From Candidatus Versatilivorator sp. (GTDB lineage Bacteria; Acidobacteriota; Terriglobia; Versatilivoradales; Versatilivoraceae), in the NCBI GenBank assembly GCA_965207735.1, contig OZ242296.1, positions 4,736,001 through 4,800,000 of the forward strand: 64,000 nt of DNA. The letters are read 5' to 3'. Below are positions 1-8,313 of the stretch, one piece after another (the first letter of the stretch is position 1; each line of letters starts with the position of its first letter). Under the pieces are notes generated by a model, which was not told the DNA's origin, did not search any database, and saw only the letters and a list, made by a program, of their open reading frames with translations. Made by a program: the position numbers and the translations under genes.

Positions 1-104
1 TGGCCGCTGCAGTCGGGACAGGTCTTGAGCGGCTCATCGGAGAACTTCTGCATGACCTCAATTACCTTGCCGCAGGCATCGCAGCCATATTCATAAATCG
101 GCAT
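1..104 (-). CDS. FmdB-family zinc-ribbon protein (runs off window edge)
   Basis: Manual translation from ATG at 104: MPIYEYGCDACGKVIEVMQKFSDEPLKTCPDCSG, the MPxYEYxCxxC...CPxC signature. Confidence 0.88.
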   Translation of the reverse strand, partial: MPIYEYGCDACGKVIEVMQKFSDEPLKTCPDCSG

Positions 105-255
105 GGGGGTCAACCTCCCGGATACTGCCAGGGTCCTGGGGAAAGCGGCTGGGGATTCTAACAACTGTAAGGCGTGAATTCAAGTGCGGGACCGGCTGCA
201 GGCAAAGGGTGTGCCGATTACAAGAATGGGGCCTGAAAAACACGCGGCACGAAGG

Positions 256-1212
256 TTACCTGGCAATGGCGACAGTGATTCCCTCCAGCTTAGGCAGCGT
301 GATACGAGCCTGGTTGGAGAGATACCTCAGGGGGTTGACCGGCATGTCCCCGATTCGAACTTCGTAGTGGAGATGGGGACCGGTGGATCGGCCGGTGTTC
401 CCCACGAAGCCGATCACCTGGCCCCGCCGGACCGATTCACCCGCTACCACGTTGTAGTCTGAGAGGTGGGCATAAATGGTGGAGAGCCCGAAGTGGTGTT
501 TCAAGATGATCGTCTTGCCATAGTTGGAGCGCCACTTGGCGGACAGAACGATTCCGTCGGCCGAGGCCACCACCTGGCTGCCGGGGCGGTTGACGATGTC
601 GATGCCCCGATGAAACCGGGACAGTCCCGGGCCGAACCGGTTCAGGATGAAACCGAAGCGGTCCCCCAGAACTCCGTCTGCCGGCCAGGTGCTGGGAGTG
701 TAGCTGAGCCGAAAATGCCGCTGGTGGTAGACTTGGGCGAGGTCGTCGATTTGCCGGTCGACGTCCTGGAACAGGCTGCCAAACGCCTCCGATCGTGCCG
801 GTATCGGTGGGCCGCCGGCCTCGGACAGGGTGAGCCGGCTGAAATAGACGCGGGAAGGGCTCCCGTTCCGCCCCCGCCTGGCGCCTAGTCGCGCAAGTGC
901 CTGGACTTCTTCGGCCAGCAGCTCCAGTGAGGAGAGTCTGTCTCCCACCCGCTGCAGCGTCTTTCTCAGGTGTTGATTTTCCTGTGTGGAATGGCGGAGC
1001 TCGCTGCGAAGCCGCTCAAGGTCCAACAACTGGTGGGTGTTGCGGGCGACATCCACCGCCCGGGTCGTGAGCGACACCACACCGAAAAAACTGAGCAGCA
1101 CCGCTGCCGCCACCAATCCCGGGTACCGGATCGGTCGGCGACCTTCATGGGGGCGGTAGGGGTATGACTTCAAGCGATTCTCTAAAAGTGAGGGAGGAAA
1201 CGGCACTCCCAA
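256..1212 (-). CDS. M23-family metallopeptidase with N-terminal TM segment and coiled coil
   Basis: HRGID, YAHL and STGPHLHYEV motifs; start uncertain. Confidence 0.9.
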   Translation of the reverse strand: MGVPFPPSLLENRLKSYPYRPHEGRRPIRYPGLVAAAVLLSFFGVVSLTTRAVDVARNTHQLLDLERLRSELRHSTQENQHLRKTLQRVGDRLSSLELLAEEVQALARLGARRGRNGSPSRVYFSRLTLSEAGGPPIPARSEAFGSLFQDVDRQIDDLAQVYHQRHFRLSYTPSTWPADGVLGDRFGFILNRFGPGLSRFHRGIDIVNRPGSQVVASADGIVLSAKWRSNYGKTIILKHHFGLSTIYAHLSDYNVVAGESVRRGQVIGFVGNTGRSTGPHLHYEVRIGDMPVNPLRYLSNQARITLPKLEGITVAIAR

Positions 1213-1328
1213 GTGCCGGATTCCTGCTTATGAACCGCAGTCGCGCGCAATATAGCAAACCAGGTTGCCCCGGGTCAAATATCTTTTCGTGCCTCGGAAG
1301 GTCCACTCACACTCCTCCTGCATTCAAT

Positions 1329-1358
1329 TTGACAGGTTCCATCGGCTTTCCATAGGAT
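1329..1358 (+). promoter_or_regulatory. Putative sigma70 promoter for the aminotransferase cluster
   Basis: TTGACA-18 bp-TAGGAT upstream of ATG 1408. Confidence 0.45.
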
Positions 1359-1407
1359 AGTGCGGTTTCAGCAATCGACCCCCACCGACAAGGCGAGGAT
1401 ATCGAGT

Positions 1408-2613
1408 ATGCCCGCGACCCTCTCCCCGCGGCTCCGTGTGGATTTTCCCGCGGTTCAAACCCGGCTCAACGCCGAGGAAGAGGCCGTGGTCATGGAGACG
1501 ATCCGCAACAGCCCTACCTGGAGCCAGGGCGAGCAGCAGCAGGCCTTCGAGCAGGAATTCACCCGGTACGTCGGCTGTGCCGACAGTCTGGCCGTCAGCA
1601 GTTGCACCGCGGCCCTGGAGATGGCAGCCGCCCTGTGCGGGCTGACCCCGGAGGACGAGGTCATTCTCCCCGCCCACACCTTCGTGTCCAGCGCCGTTCC
1701 CTTTGCCCGCACCGGAGCCCGGCTGGTGTTCGCCGATATCGATCCGGCCACCCGGCTGCTGTCGGCCGAGCATGTCGAGCCTTGCCTGACCGGGCGTACC
1801 AAGGCGATCGTGGTGGTCCACCTCTACGGCTTGCCCGCCGACATGGATCCCATTCTCCGCCTGGCCCGCGAGCATGGCCTCAAGGTGGTGGAAGACGTGG
1901 CCCAGGCCCCGGGCGCGGTCTACAAGGGTCGCAGGACAGGGTCCATGGGGAATTTCGCCGCCTTCAGCTTCCACAACCAGAAGAATATCTCCACCCTGGG
2001 AGAGGGTGGCATGCTGACCATCAGCGATCCGGCCGACGGAGAGCGGGCCAGGAAGCTCCGCTGGATGGGCAATTGGCCCTTTCCCGGAGACCGGGAACGT
2101 TACTGGGTGCCGGCCATGGGAAACCTGGTGAGCGGCATGAAGGGAGTCTGGCCCTTCAACTTCTGCCTTGGCGAAGTGCAGTGTGCCGTGGGACGGCGCT
2201 TGCTGCGGCGTCTGGATGCGATCAATGCGCGCAGGCGGACCCAGGCCGACGTGATCCGTACGGCCTTGGCCGACGTCCCCGAGCTTTCCTTCCAGAAAAT
2301 TCCGGACGGCCACCTGCACGCCTATCACCTGCTGGTGGCCCACTTCGACAGTTCCCGAACACCGGGGACGCGGGACGACCTGATGGAATTGCTGCACCGC
2401 GACTACGGGATCAGGTGTATTGTCCAATACTGGCCTCTTTATCGCTCCGAGCTCTTTCAGTCCTTCGGTTATGGAAACATGCGCCTGAGCAACACCGACG
2501 CCTTTTTCGACAATATGATCAGCTTTCCCTTCTGGTCGGATATGCCGGAGGAGACCTTGCGCTACATGGCCGACAGCATTCGCGCGGCCGTGCAAAGATT
2601 GCGGGCTGGCTAG
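1408..2613 (+). CDS. DegT/DnrJ/EryC1/StrS-family PLP aminotransferase
   Basis: SSCTAAL, VVHLYG, VEDVAQA, SFHNQKNISTLGEGG (PLP lysine); start ATG 1408 chosen over GTG 1360. Confidence 0.92.
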   Translation: MPATLSPRLRVDFPAVQTRLNAEEEAVVMETIRNSPTWSQGEQQQAFEQEFTRYVGCADSLAVSSCTAALEMAAALCGLTPEDEVILPAHTFVSSAVPFARTGARLVFADIDPATRLLSAEHVEPCLTGRTKAIVVVHLYGLPADMDPILRLAREHGLKVVEDVAQAPGAVYKGRRTGSMGNFAAFSFHNQKNISTLGEGGMLTISDPADGERARKLRWMGNWPFPGDRERYWVPAMGNLVSGMKGVWPFNFCLGEVQCAVGRRLLRRLDAINARRRTQADVIRTALADVPELSFQKIPDGHLHAYHLLVAHFDSSRTPGTRDDLMELLHRDYGIRCIVQYWPLYRSELFQSFGYGNMRLSNTDAFFDNMISFPFWSDMPEETLRYMADSIRAAVQRLRAG

Positions 2614-2730
2614 CTCTAGGGGCCCTGCATGCCTGCCGCCCCGGCGGCCCGGGAATCGCCGCTGGAGGCGGGTGGCACACTTCCTGCCCCAACACCCCGG
2701 GGATGGGCCGGGGAATTCGAGGAAACAGAC

Positions 2731-3675
2731 ATGGCTTCCAGAACGGTTTACTTCAACGGAGAGTTCGTGAGCGAGCAGGAGGCTCGGGTCTCGATTTTCG
2801 ATTCGGCCCTCATGTTCGGGGACATGGTGTTCGACATGACCCGGACCTACGGCCACAAGCCTTTCAGGCTCAAGGAGCATCTGGAGCGCATTTACGCCGG
2901 GCTCAAGTACCTTGAGATCGATTGCGGCCTGACCATCGAGGAGATGGAGCAGGCAACCCTGGAGACCCTGGAAAGGAACCTGTCCGTTGTGGACGGCGCC
3001 GATCTTCAGATCATGCACGACGTTTCCCGAGGGCCTCTGCCCGTCTACAAGAGCGTGTTCGGTGGCGCCGTCGAACCCACCGTCTCCATCAACTGCTGGC
3101 CCCTGTGGTGGCACCTGGCCGGCAACGGCCCCCTCTACCGCTCAGGGATCCACTCGGTGATCGTTCCCCAGAGATCGGTGCCCGCTTACCTGATCGATCC
3201 CAAGGTCAAGAACAGGAGCCGTATCCACTACCAAATGGCCAACCTGCAGGCCCACAGGGTGGACTCCCACGCCCTGCCCCTGCTGACCGACGATCAGGGC
3301 TTCATCACCGAAGGCAGCGGCTCCAACTTCTTCATCGTGCGCCAGGGGCGGGTGCTCACCGCCAAGAGCCACAATATTCTGGTGGGCGTGTCGCGAAACG
3401 CCGTGCTGGACCTGCTGACAGCCATGTCGGTGCCGTGGTCGGAGGAAGACTTCGGGTCCTACGAAGTGGTCAACGCCGACGAGGCGTTTCACACCGCCAC
3501 CACCTTTGCCGTCATGCCCTGCACCCGCATCAACGGAATGCCGGTGGGCGATGGGAAGCCGGGCCGTCTGACCCGGAAACTCATCGCGGCCTTCAGCGAG
3601 ACGGTCGGCGTGGACATCGTGGCTCAAGCCGACGAATATGCCGCAATAGTCAAGGAGATGGAGGATTCCGGCTAA
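2731..3675 (+). CDS. Class IV (IlvE/D-amino acid transaminase-like) aminotransferase
   Basis: YFNGEFV, FGDMVFD, HLERI, ITEGSGSNFF, ILVGVSR, GDGKPG; RBS GAGG before ATG 2731. Confidence 0.9.
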   Translation: MASRTVYFNGEFVSEQEARVSIFDSALMFGDMVFDMTRTYGHKPFRLKEHLERIYAGLKYLEIDCGLTIEEMEQATLETLERNLSVVDGADLQIMHDVSRGPLPVYKSVFGGAVEPTVSINCWPLWWHLAGNGPLYRSGIHSVIVPQRSVPAYLIDPKVKNRSRIHYQMANLQAHRVDSHALPLLTDDQGFITEGSGSNFFIVRQGRVLTAKSHNILVGVSRNAVLDLLTAMSVPWSEEDFGSYEVVNADEAFHTATTFAVMPCTRINGMPVGDGKPGRLTRKLIAAFSETVGVDIVAQADEYAAIVKEMEDSG

Positions 3676-3735
3676 GTCGAAAACACGGGTCTGCTTTCCC
3701 ACTTGCGGCATCCCTCCGCCGAGGAGTTGCTTACC

Positions 3736-5073
3736 ATGGCAATGAGCGTTTTGGATCTGGCGCCTGCCCCCACCCGACCGGTGAAGACCCGATTCCGCCG
3801 TATCGCCACCCCCATCCCTGTTCCCCAATCCATCGATCTGATCCGGCGCCTGCGGGAAGTGGAGCCGCGGTCCATGGCCGGTATGGTGCCCATTGTCTGG
3901 CATCGGGCCCAGGGGTTCCAGGTGCGCGACCCCTACGGCAACCAGTGGATCGACTTGAGCAGCGGCATCGTGATGGCCAACAGCGGCCATGCCCATCCCC
4001 GCGTCCTGGAAGCCATCCGGAGGCAGACGGACTCGCCGCTGCTGTTCACCTATGCCTATCCGGGCGAAGTTCGGCAGCGACTGCTGGAGCGCCTGGTCAA
4101 GCTGGCGCCTCCCGGGCTGGACAAGGCCATCCTGTTTTCATCGGGAACCGAAGCCAACGAGTGCGCCATCACGCTGATGCGGCGGCACGGCCAGCGGATC
4201 TCGCCTCGCAAGACGGCGATTTTGTCTCTTCAGGGGAATTACCACGGGCGGACGCTGGCGGCCAAGGCGGCCAGCGGGGGGGAAGACCGGGTGGACGGCA
4301 TTCCTCGGGACCAGCTGCGCCATTTTCTGCTTCCCCCGCCCGGCCAAAACGGATTCGCCGTCGATCTGCGGTCCTGCGGCCTGGAGCCGGTAGACGTCGC
4401 CGGCGTCATCCTGGAATCCATTCCCGGGGTCACCACCGCCTGCCATCCCCTGGAGTACGTCCGGGAGCTGAGGGACTGGGCGACCCGCCATGGGGCGCTG
4501 ATGGCCGTGGACGAAATCCAGTGCGGGATGGGGCGGACCGGGAAGATGTTCGCCATTGAACACTACGGCGTTGTTCCCGACCTGATTACCTGCGGCAAGG
4601 GGCTGAGCTCCAGCCTGCCGGTTTCGGCCGTAATCGGGGCCGGGGAGGTGATGGACCTGGCTCCTCCCGGGGAAATGTCCAGCACTTTCGGCGGCAACCC
4701 CGTCTGCGCCGCCGCCGCCGAGGCCAACCTGGAGTTGATGGAAGAGGAAGGGCTGGTGGACCGGGCGGCGGAGCTGGGAGAGCTGCTGGAACAGTGGCTG
4801 GCGCCGGTCACGCGGAGGCATCCTCGATCGATCGGCCAGGTCAACGGCAAGGGATTGTTTTATTCCATCCACCTGAAAAATCCGGACACGGGGCAGCCCG
4901 GGGTGGAGATGGCGGATCGGGTGGCCCTGGAGTGCGTTCGCCGGGGTGTCCTGCTGTTTGTCACGGGGCGGGGCTTCCTCAAGATCGTGCCTCCGCTGAC
5001 GATTGACCGGGAGGCCTTGGAAGAAGCGGTGGGGGTGATTGCGGCTGTCCTGGATGAGGAATTGGCTTCATGA
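3736..5073 (+). CDS. Class III PLP aminotransferase (GabT/ArgD-like)
   Basis: SGTEANE, YHGRT, DEIQCGMGRTG, PDLITCGKG, STFGGNP. Confidence 0.92.
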   Translation: MAMSVLDLAPAPTRPVKTRFRRIATPIPVPQSIDLIRRLREVEPRSMAGMVPIVWHRAQGFQVRDPYGNQWIDLSSGIVMANSGHAHPRVLEAIRRQTDSPLLFTYAYPGEVRQRLLERLVKLAPPGLDKAILFSSGTEANECAITLMRRHGQRISPRKTAILSLQGNYHGRTLAAKAASGGEDRVDGIPRDQLRHFLLPPPGQNGFAVDLRSCGLEPVDVAGVILESIPGVTTACHPLEYVRELRDWATRHGALMAVDEIQCGMGRTGKMFAIEHYGVVPDLITCGKGLSSSLPVSAVIGAGEVMDLAPPGEMSSTFGGNPVCAAAAEANLELMEEEGLVDRAAELGELLEQWLAPVTRRHPRSIGQVNGKGLFYSIHLKNPDTGQPGVEMADRVALECVRRGVLLFVTGRGFLKIVPPLTIDREALEEAVGVIAAVLDEELAS

Positions 5074-5840
5074 CACGGCGATTGACGGTGGACCTGGAGG
5101 GATATTGCGCCCTGGTGACCGGAGGCGGCACGGGGATAGGCCGGGCCATCTCCCTGGGGTTGGCCCGCTGCGGAGCCCGGGTGGTGGTGAACTATTCCCG
5201 GAGCGCAGCGGAGGCGGAGTCCACCGTGGACGAAATCGCGACCCAAGGGGGGCAGGCCCTGGCTGTTCGAGCCGACGTGACCGATGAGGACCAGGTCAGG
5301 CAGGCCATCGCGACCGCGGTCCGGACCTACGGCGGGCTGGACATCCTGATGGCAAACGCCGGGGGGCCGACCGAGAGCTGATCCACCGAGGATCTGTCCA
5401 GCCAGGACTGGGATGCGGGGTTGAACCTGAATTGCAAGTCGGTCTTTCTGTGCGTCAAGCACGCCGCCCCTCACCTGCCGGAGGGCCGGGGGCGGATCCT
5501 CATTACCTCTTCCATCAGCGCACGCAGCGGGGGCGGTCCCGGAACCATAACCTACACGGCCGCCAAAGGGGCCGTGAACAACCTGGTGCGGGGTTGGGCC
5601 AAGGAGTTCGCTCCGCGCGGCATCACCGTCAACGCCATCGCTCCGGGCCTGATCTGGACCCGCATCCACCAGCAGCGCACGCCTCCAGAGGCCTACCGGG
5701 GCCTGATCGAGCGCATCCCCCTGGGCCGCGACGGCCAGCCGGAAGATTGCGTGGGGGCAGCCCTGTTCCTGGCCAGTAGGGACGCCTCCTACATCACCGG
5801 ACAAATTCTGGAAGTCAACGGCGGCATGCTGATGCCGTAG
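5070..5840 (+). pseudogene. SDR oxidoreductase with one in-frame TGA at 5379-5381 (nonsense allele, recoded codon or sequencing error)
   Basis: TGGGTGIG and NAGG before the TGA; same frame continues STEDLSSQDWD...YTAAK...VNAIAPG...ITGQILEVNGG; ATGA overlap with upstream gene. Confidence 0.75.
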
Positions 5841-5879
5841 AGTGGATCAACGAATCGCCGCCAAGGGATAAGATATAGA

Positions 5880-5912
5880 TATCCACGAAGGGCCACGAAG
5901 GACGACGAAGGG
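5880..5912 (+). repeat. Decamer repeat module (CCACGAAGGG-like), family D partial copy
   Basis: atccacgaag ggccacgaag gacgacgaag; same module at 10790-10831 (-) and 57311-57350 (+). Confidence 0.75.
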
Positions 5913-5963
5913 GTTGGAGAGGGCTCAAAAGAGAACCGCCAAGGGTCTGGAACGGATTCGGCC

Positions 5964-6010
5964 AACCACCACCAGCCACTAACCACTAACCACTAACCAC
6001 TAACCACTGC
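5964..6010 (+). repeat. Heptamer tandem repeat (CCACTAA)x4 with degenerate flanks
   Basis: ccactaa ccactaa ccactaa ccactaa ccactgc between convergent genes. Confidence 0.9.
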
Positions 6011-6012
6011 CT

Positions 6013-6894
6013 CTACTCCACCAGGGCGCCGAACAGCTCCGGGCGTCTCTGGCGCAGGGTGTAGTTGGGTTGGCTGCGGGCTTCCCAAAGCTTCTCCGGC
6101 CGCAGATCGGCCACCACCATCTCCTCCTCGATCTTCTCGAACGAGGTTCGGGCAGCGACCTGGCCCAGCGGGTCCACCACGATGCAGCCGCCGGCATGGT
6201 TGGGTTGATTGGGGCTGTCCTCGGGGTAGGTGTCGACGATCCCGGCCCGTCCGGCCTGATTGCAGAGGACGGTAAAGCAACTGTTTTCATAGGCCCGGGC
6301 GGAAGCAATCATGTGGAAGTAGCGGCCCGAATAGGCTGCCGCCTGCTTCTCCGATTCCGGATCGTCCGTCCACGTCTTGAGTCGGGCGGCATGGGGCATC
6401 AGAAGCACGTCGGCTCCCTTCAGAGCCAGAATCCGAGGGACCTCGGGAAGGGAGTTGTCGTAGCAGATGATGGTTCCCACCCGGCACTTGCCGATGTCGA
6501 AGACAAGCATCTCGGAGCCGCCCTCGTAGTGGATGACCTCGTCGCGGGAGAGGTGGATTTTTCTCTGGGCCCCGATGTAGCCCTGCGGGCCCACCAGCAC
6601 CTGGGTGTTGTAGACGATGTCACGTTCTTTTTCGCTGAGGCCCACGCTGAGGTACAGATCCAGGGCCTGAGCCAGCAGGCAGAGGTGTTCGACGCTGGGT
6701 CCGTCTGGCACGGCTTCGGCCGCGTACCAGGTATTTGGATCGTTGTGGCCGTGCACCACCAACTCGGGGAACAATACAAGGTCGGCCCCGGAGTCCTTGG
6801 CTTGGGCCGCCCACCGGTCGATGGAGCGCAGATTTTCTTTCGCCTGGCCCAGCAGACCGTTCATGGCCACGGCCGCAATTTTCAGTGCTTGCAT
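6013..6894 (-). CDS. Carbon-nitrogen hydrolase (nitrilase superfamily)
   Basis: FPEL (Glu), RKIHL (Lys), ICYD (Cys) catalytic triad; ARAYEN. Confidence 0.92.
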   Translation of the reverse strand: MQALKIAAVAMNGLLGQAKENLRSIDRWAAQAKDSGADLVLFPELVVHGHNDPNTWYAAEAVPDGPSVEHLCLLAQALDLYLSVGLSEKERDIVYNTQVLVGPQGYIGAQRKIHLSRDEVIHYEGGSEMLVFDIGKCRVGTIICYDNSLPEVPRILALKGADVLLMPHAARLKTWTDDPESEKQAAAYSGRYFHMIASARAYENSCFTVLCNQAGRAGIVDTYPEDSPNQPNHAGGCIVVDPLGQVAARTSFEKIEEEMVVADLRPEKLWEARSQPNYTLRQRRPELFGALVE

Positions 6895-6904
6895 GAACTG
6901 CCCC

Positions 6905-6983
6905 CCCATGGGCTTACGCCCACGGCTACCTGCTGCCGCCGCATTCGCGGCTTACTGGAAGCCCCGGCCTGTCAGCCGGGGAC
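6905..6983 (+). repeat. REP-like palindromic element, family B single copy
   Basis: cccatgggcttacgcccacggctacctgctgccgccgcattcgcggcttactggaagcccc matches units of the 45776-46500 array. Confidence 0.85.
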
Positions 6984-7015
6984 TCATTCTTGAGAATCCT
7001 TGTTCTCGCTCGACG

Positions 7016-8026
7016 CTACACCCAGGCTCTTACCTTGGGCCCCCCGAAGTCCCATCGCAGGTCCATGGCCAGCGGGAAGAGTTCGTCGATCTTGTCCAGG
7101 TGCTCCTGGGGAATTTCCACCTCGGCCCCGCGGATCGAACTTTCGAGCTGCTCCTGATTGCGGATGCCCAGGATCACCGAGCTGATCTCGGGATGCCTCA
7201 AGGCCCAGCCGATGGAGTATTCGGCCAGGCTGACCCCCAGTTCGGCCGCCAGGCCCTTGACCACGTCGATCCTCTCCCAGATGGCGCCTGAAAGCGGCCG
7301 CATCCAACCGGGGTTTTCCGCCAGCCGGCTGCCGGTAGGAGTTTCCCCCGGCCGGTACTTGCCGCTCAGCCAGCCGCCGTGCAGCACCTGGTAGGGGGTG
7401 ATGCCGACCCCGAATTTCTTACAGAAACCGATTTCGGAGATTTCGATATCGCGCCGCAGCATGCTGTAGGGCGGTTCGTAGGCGATCATCCGTTCCAGGG
7501 CGTTGCGGTCGCTCAGCCAGAGCAGCTCGCACATCTGCCAGGCCAGATAGTTCGAGACGCCGAAGTAACGGATCTTGCCCTGTTTCACGAACAGATCCAG
7601 GGTTCGCAGGCTCTCTTCGAAGGGAGTCTCCAGGTCGGGCCAGTGGAGCATCAGGATATCCACGCAGTCGGTCTGGAGCCGCCGCAAGCAATTCTCCAGT
7701 GTGGTCTGGAGGTGAATTCTGGACCCGCCTTGCTGGTGAGGACCGGGCCCCAGAGCATTGGCGATCTTGGTCAACAGCACCACCTGGTCGCGCTTGCCCT
7801 TGAGTATCCTTCCCAGGTACTCCTCGGCCACGCCCCCCGGAGTTCCGACGCTGCGGTCGTAGCCCTCGTAGGAACTGGCCGTGTCGATGAGGGTGACGCC
7901 CCGGTCGATGGCATGGTGCATCAGCCGGGTGGCCTCTGTCTCCGTGGTCGGGTTCCCGAAAAGCATGGTCCCGAAGCAGATGGGTGAAACCGAAACGCCA
8001 CTGGCTCCCAGCCTTCTAAGTTTCAT
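7016..8026 (-). CDS. Aldo/keto reductase
   Basis: ICFGTMLFG, IDTASSY, LRRLQTDCVDILMLHWPD, GKIRYFGVSNY. Confidence 0.92.
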   Translation of the reverse strand: MKLRRLGASGVSVSPICFGTMLFGNPTTETEATRLMHHAIDRGVTLIDTASSYEGYDRSVGTPGGVAEEYLGRILKGKRDQVVLLTKIANALGPGPHQQGGSRIHLQTTLENCLRRLQTDCVDILMLHWPDLETPFEESLRTLDLFVKQGKIRYFGVSNYLAWQMCELLWLSDRNALERMIAYEPPYSMLRRDIEISEIGFCKKFGVGITPYQVLHGGWLSGKYRPGETPTGSRLAENPGWMRPLSGAIWERIDVVKGLAAELGVSLAEYSIGWALRHPEISSVILGIRNQEQLESSIRGAEVEIPQEHLDKIDELFPLAMDLRWDFGGPKVRAWV

Positions 8027-8105
8027 GGTCGACTCCCGAAGTGGATACTTCCTATACACCGATGACCGGTCTGACGGTGACGGTCGGGCCGGAAGGGTTG
8101 CTGCC

Positions 8106-8144
8106 TGTCAGTCGGTTGACAACACCCCAAACCGTTCATAGCAT
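8106..8144 (+). promoter_or_regulatory. Putative sigma70 promoter overlapped by a TGTCA-N6-TGACA palindrome
   Basis: TTGACA 8116-8121, 17 bp, TAGCAT 8139-8144; inverted repeat 8106-8121 between divergent genes. Confidence 0.5.
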
Positions 8145-8313
8145 ACGGGGCCACTCATTATTGATGAGGTCATGAGGCAAGTCAAGGCGGCCAGGGGGGG
8201 CGGCGTCCCCTTGATCGCGGGTTGTCCGAAAAGGGGCAATCGGCGCTTTGGGGTCCTCCATCCGGTTATCGGTCCGGGAAGGGAAGTGGCCGGCCGCGAA
8301 GCGGGTTAAGGTC

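Noticed and set aside
5421-5840. Independent 139 aa gene after the TGA
   Set aside because: It is the in-frame C-terminal half of the SDR and lacks the nucleotide-binding motif
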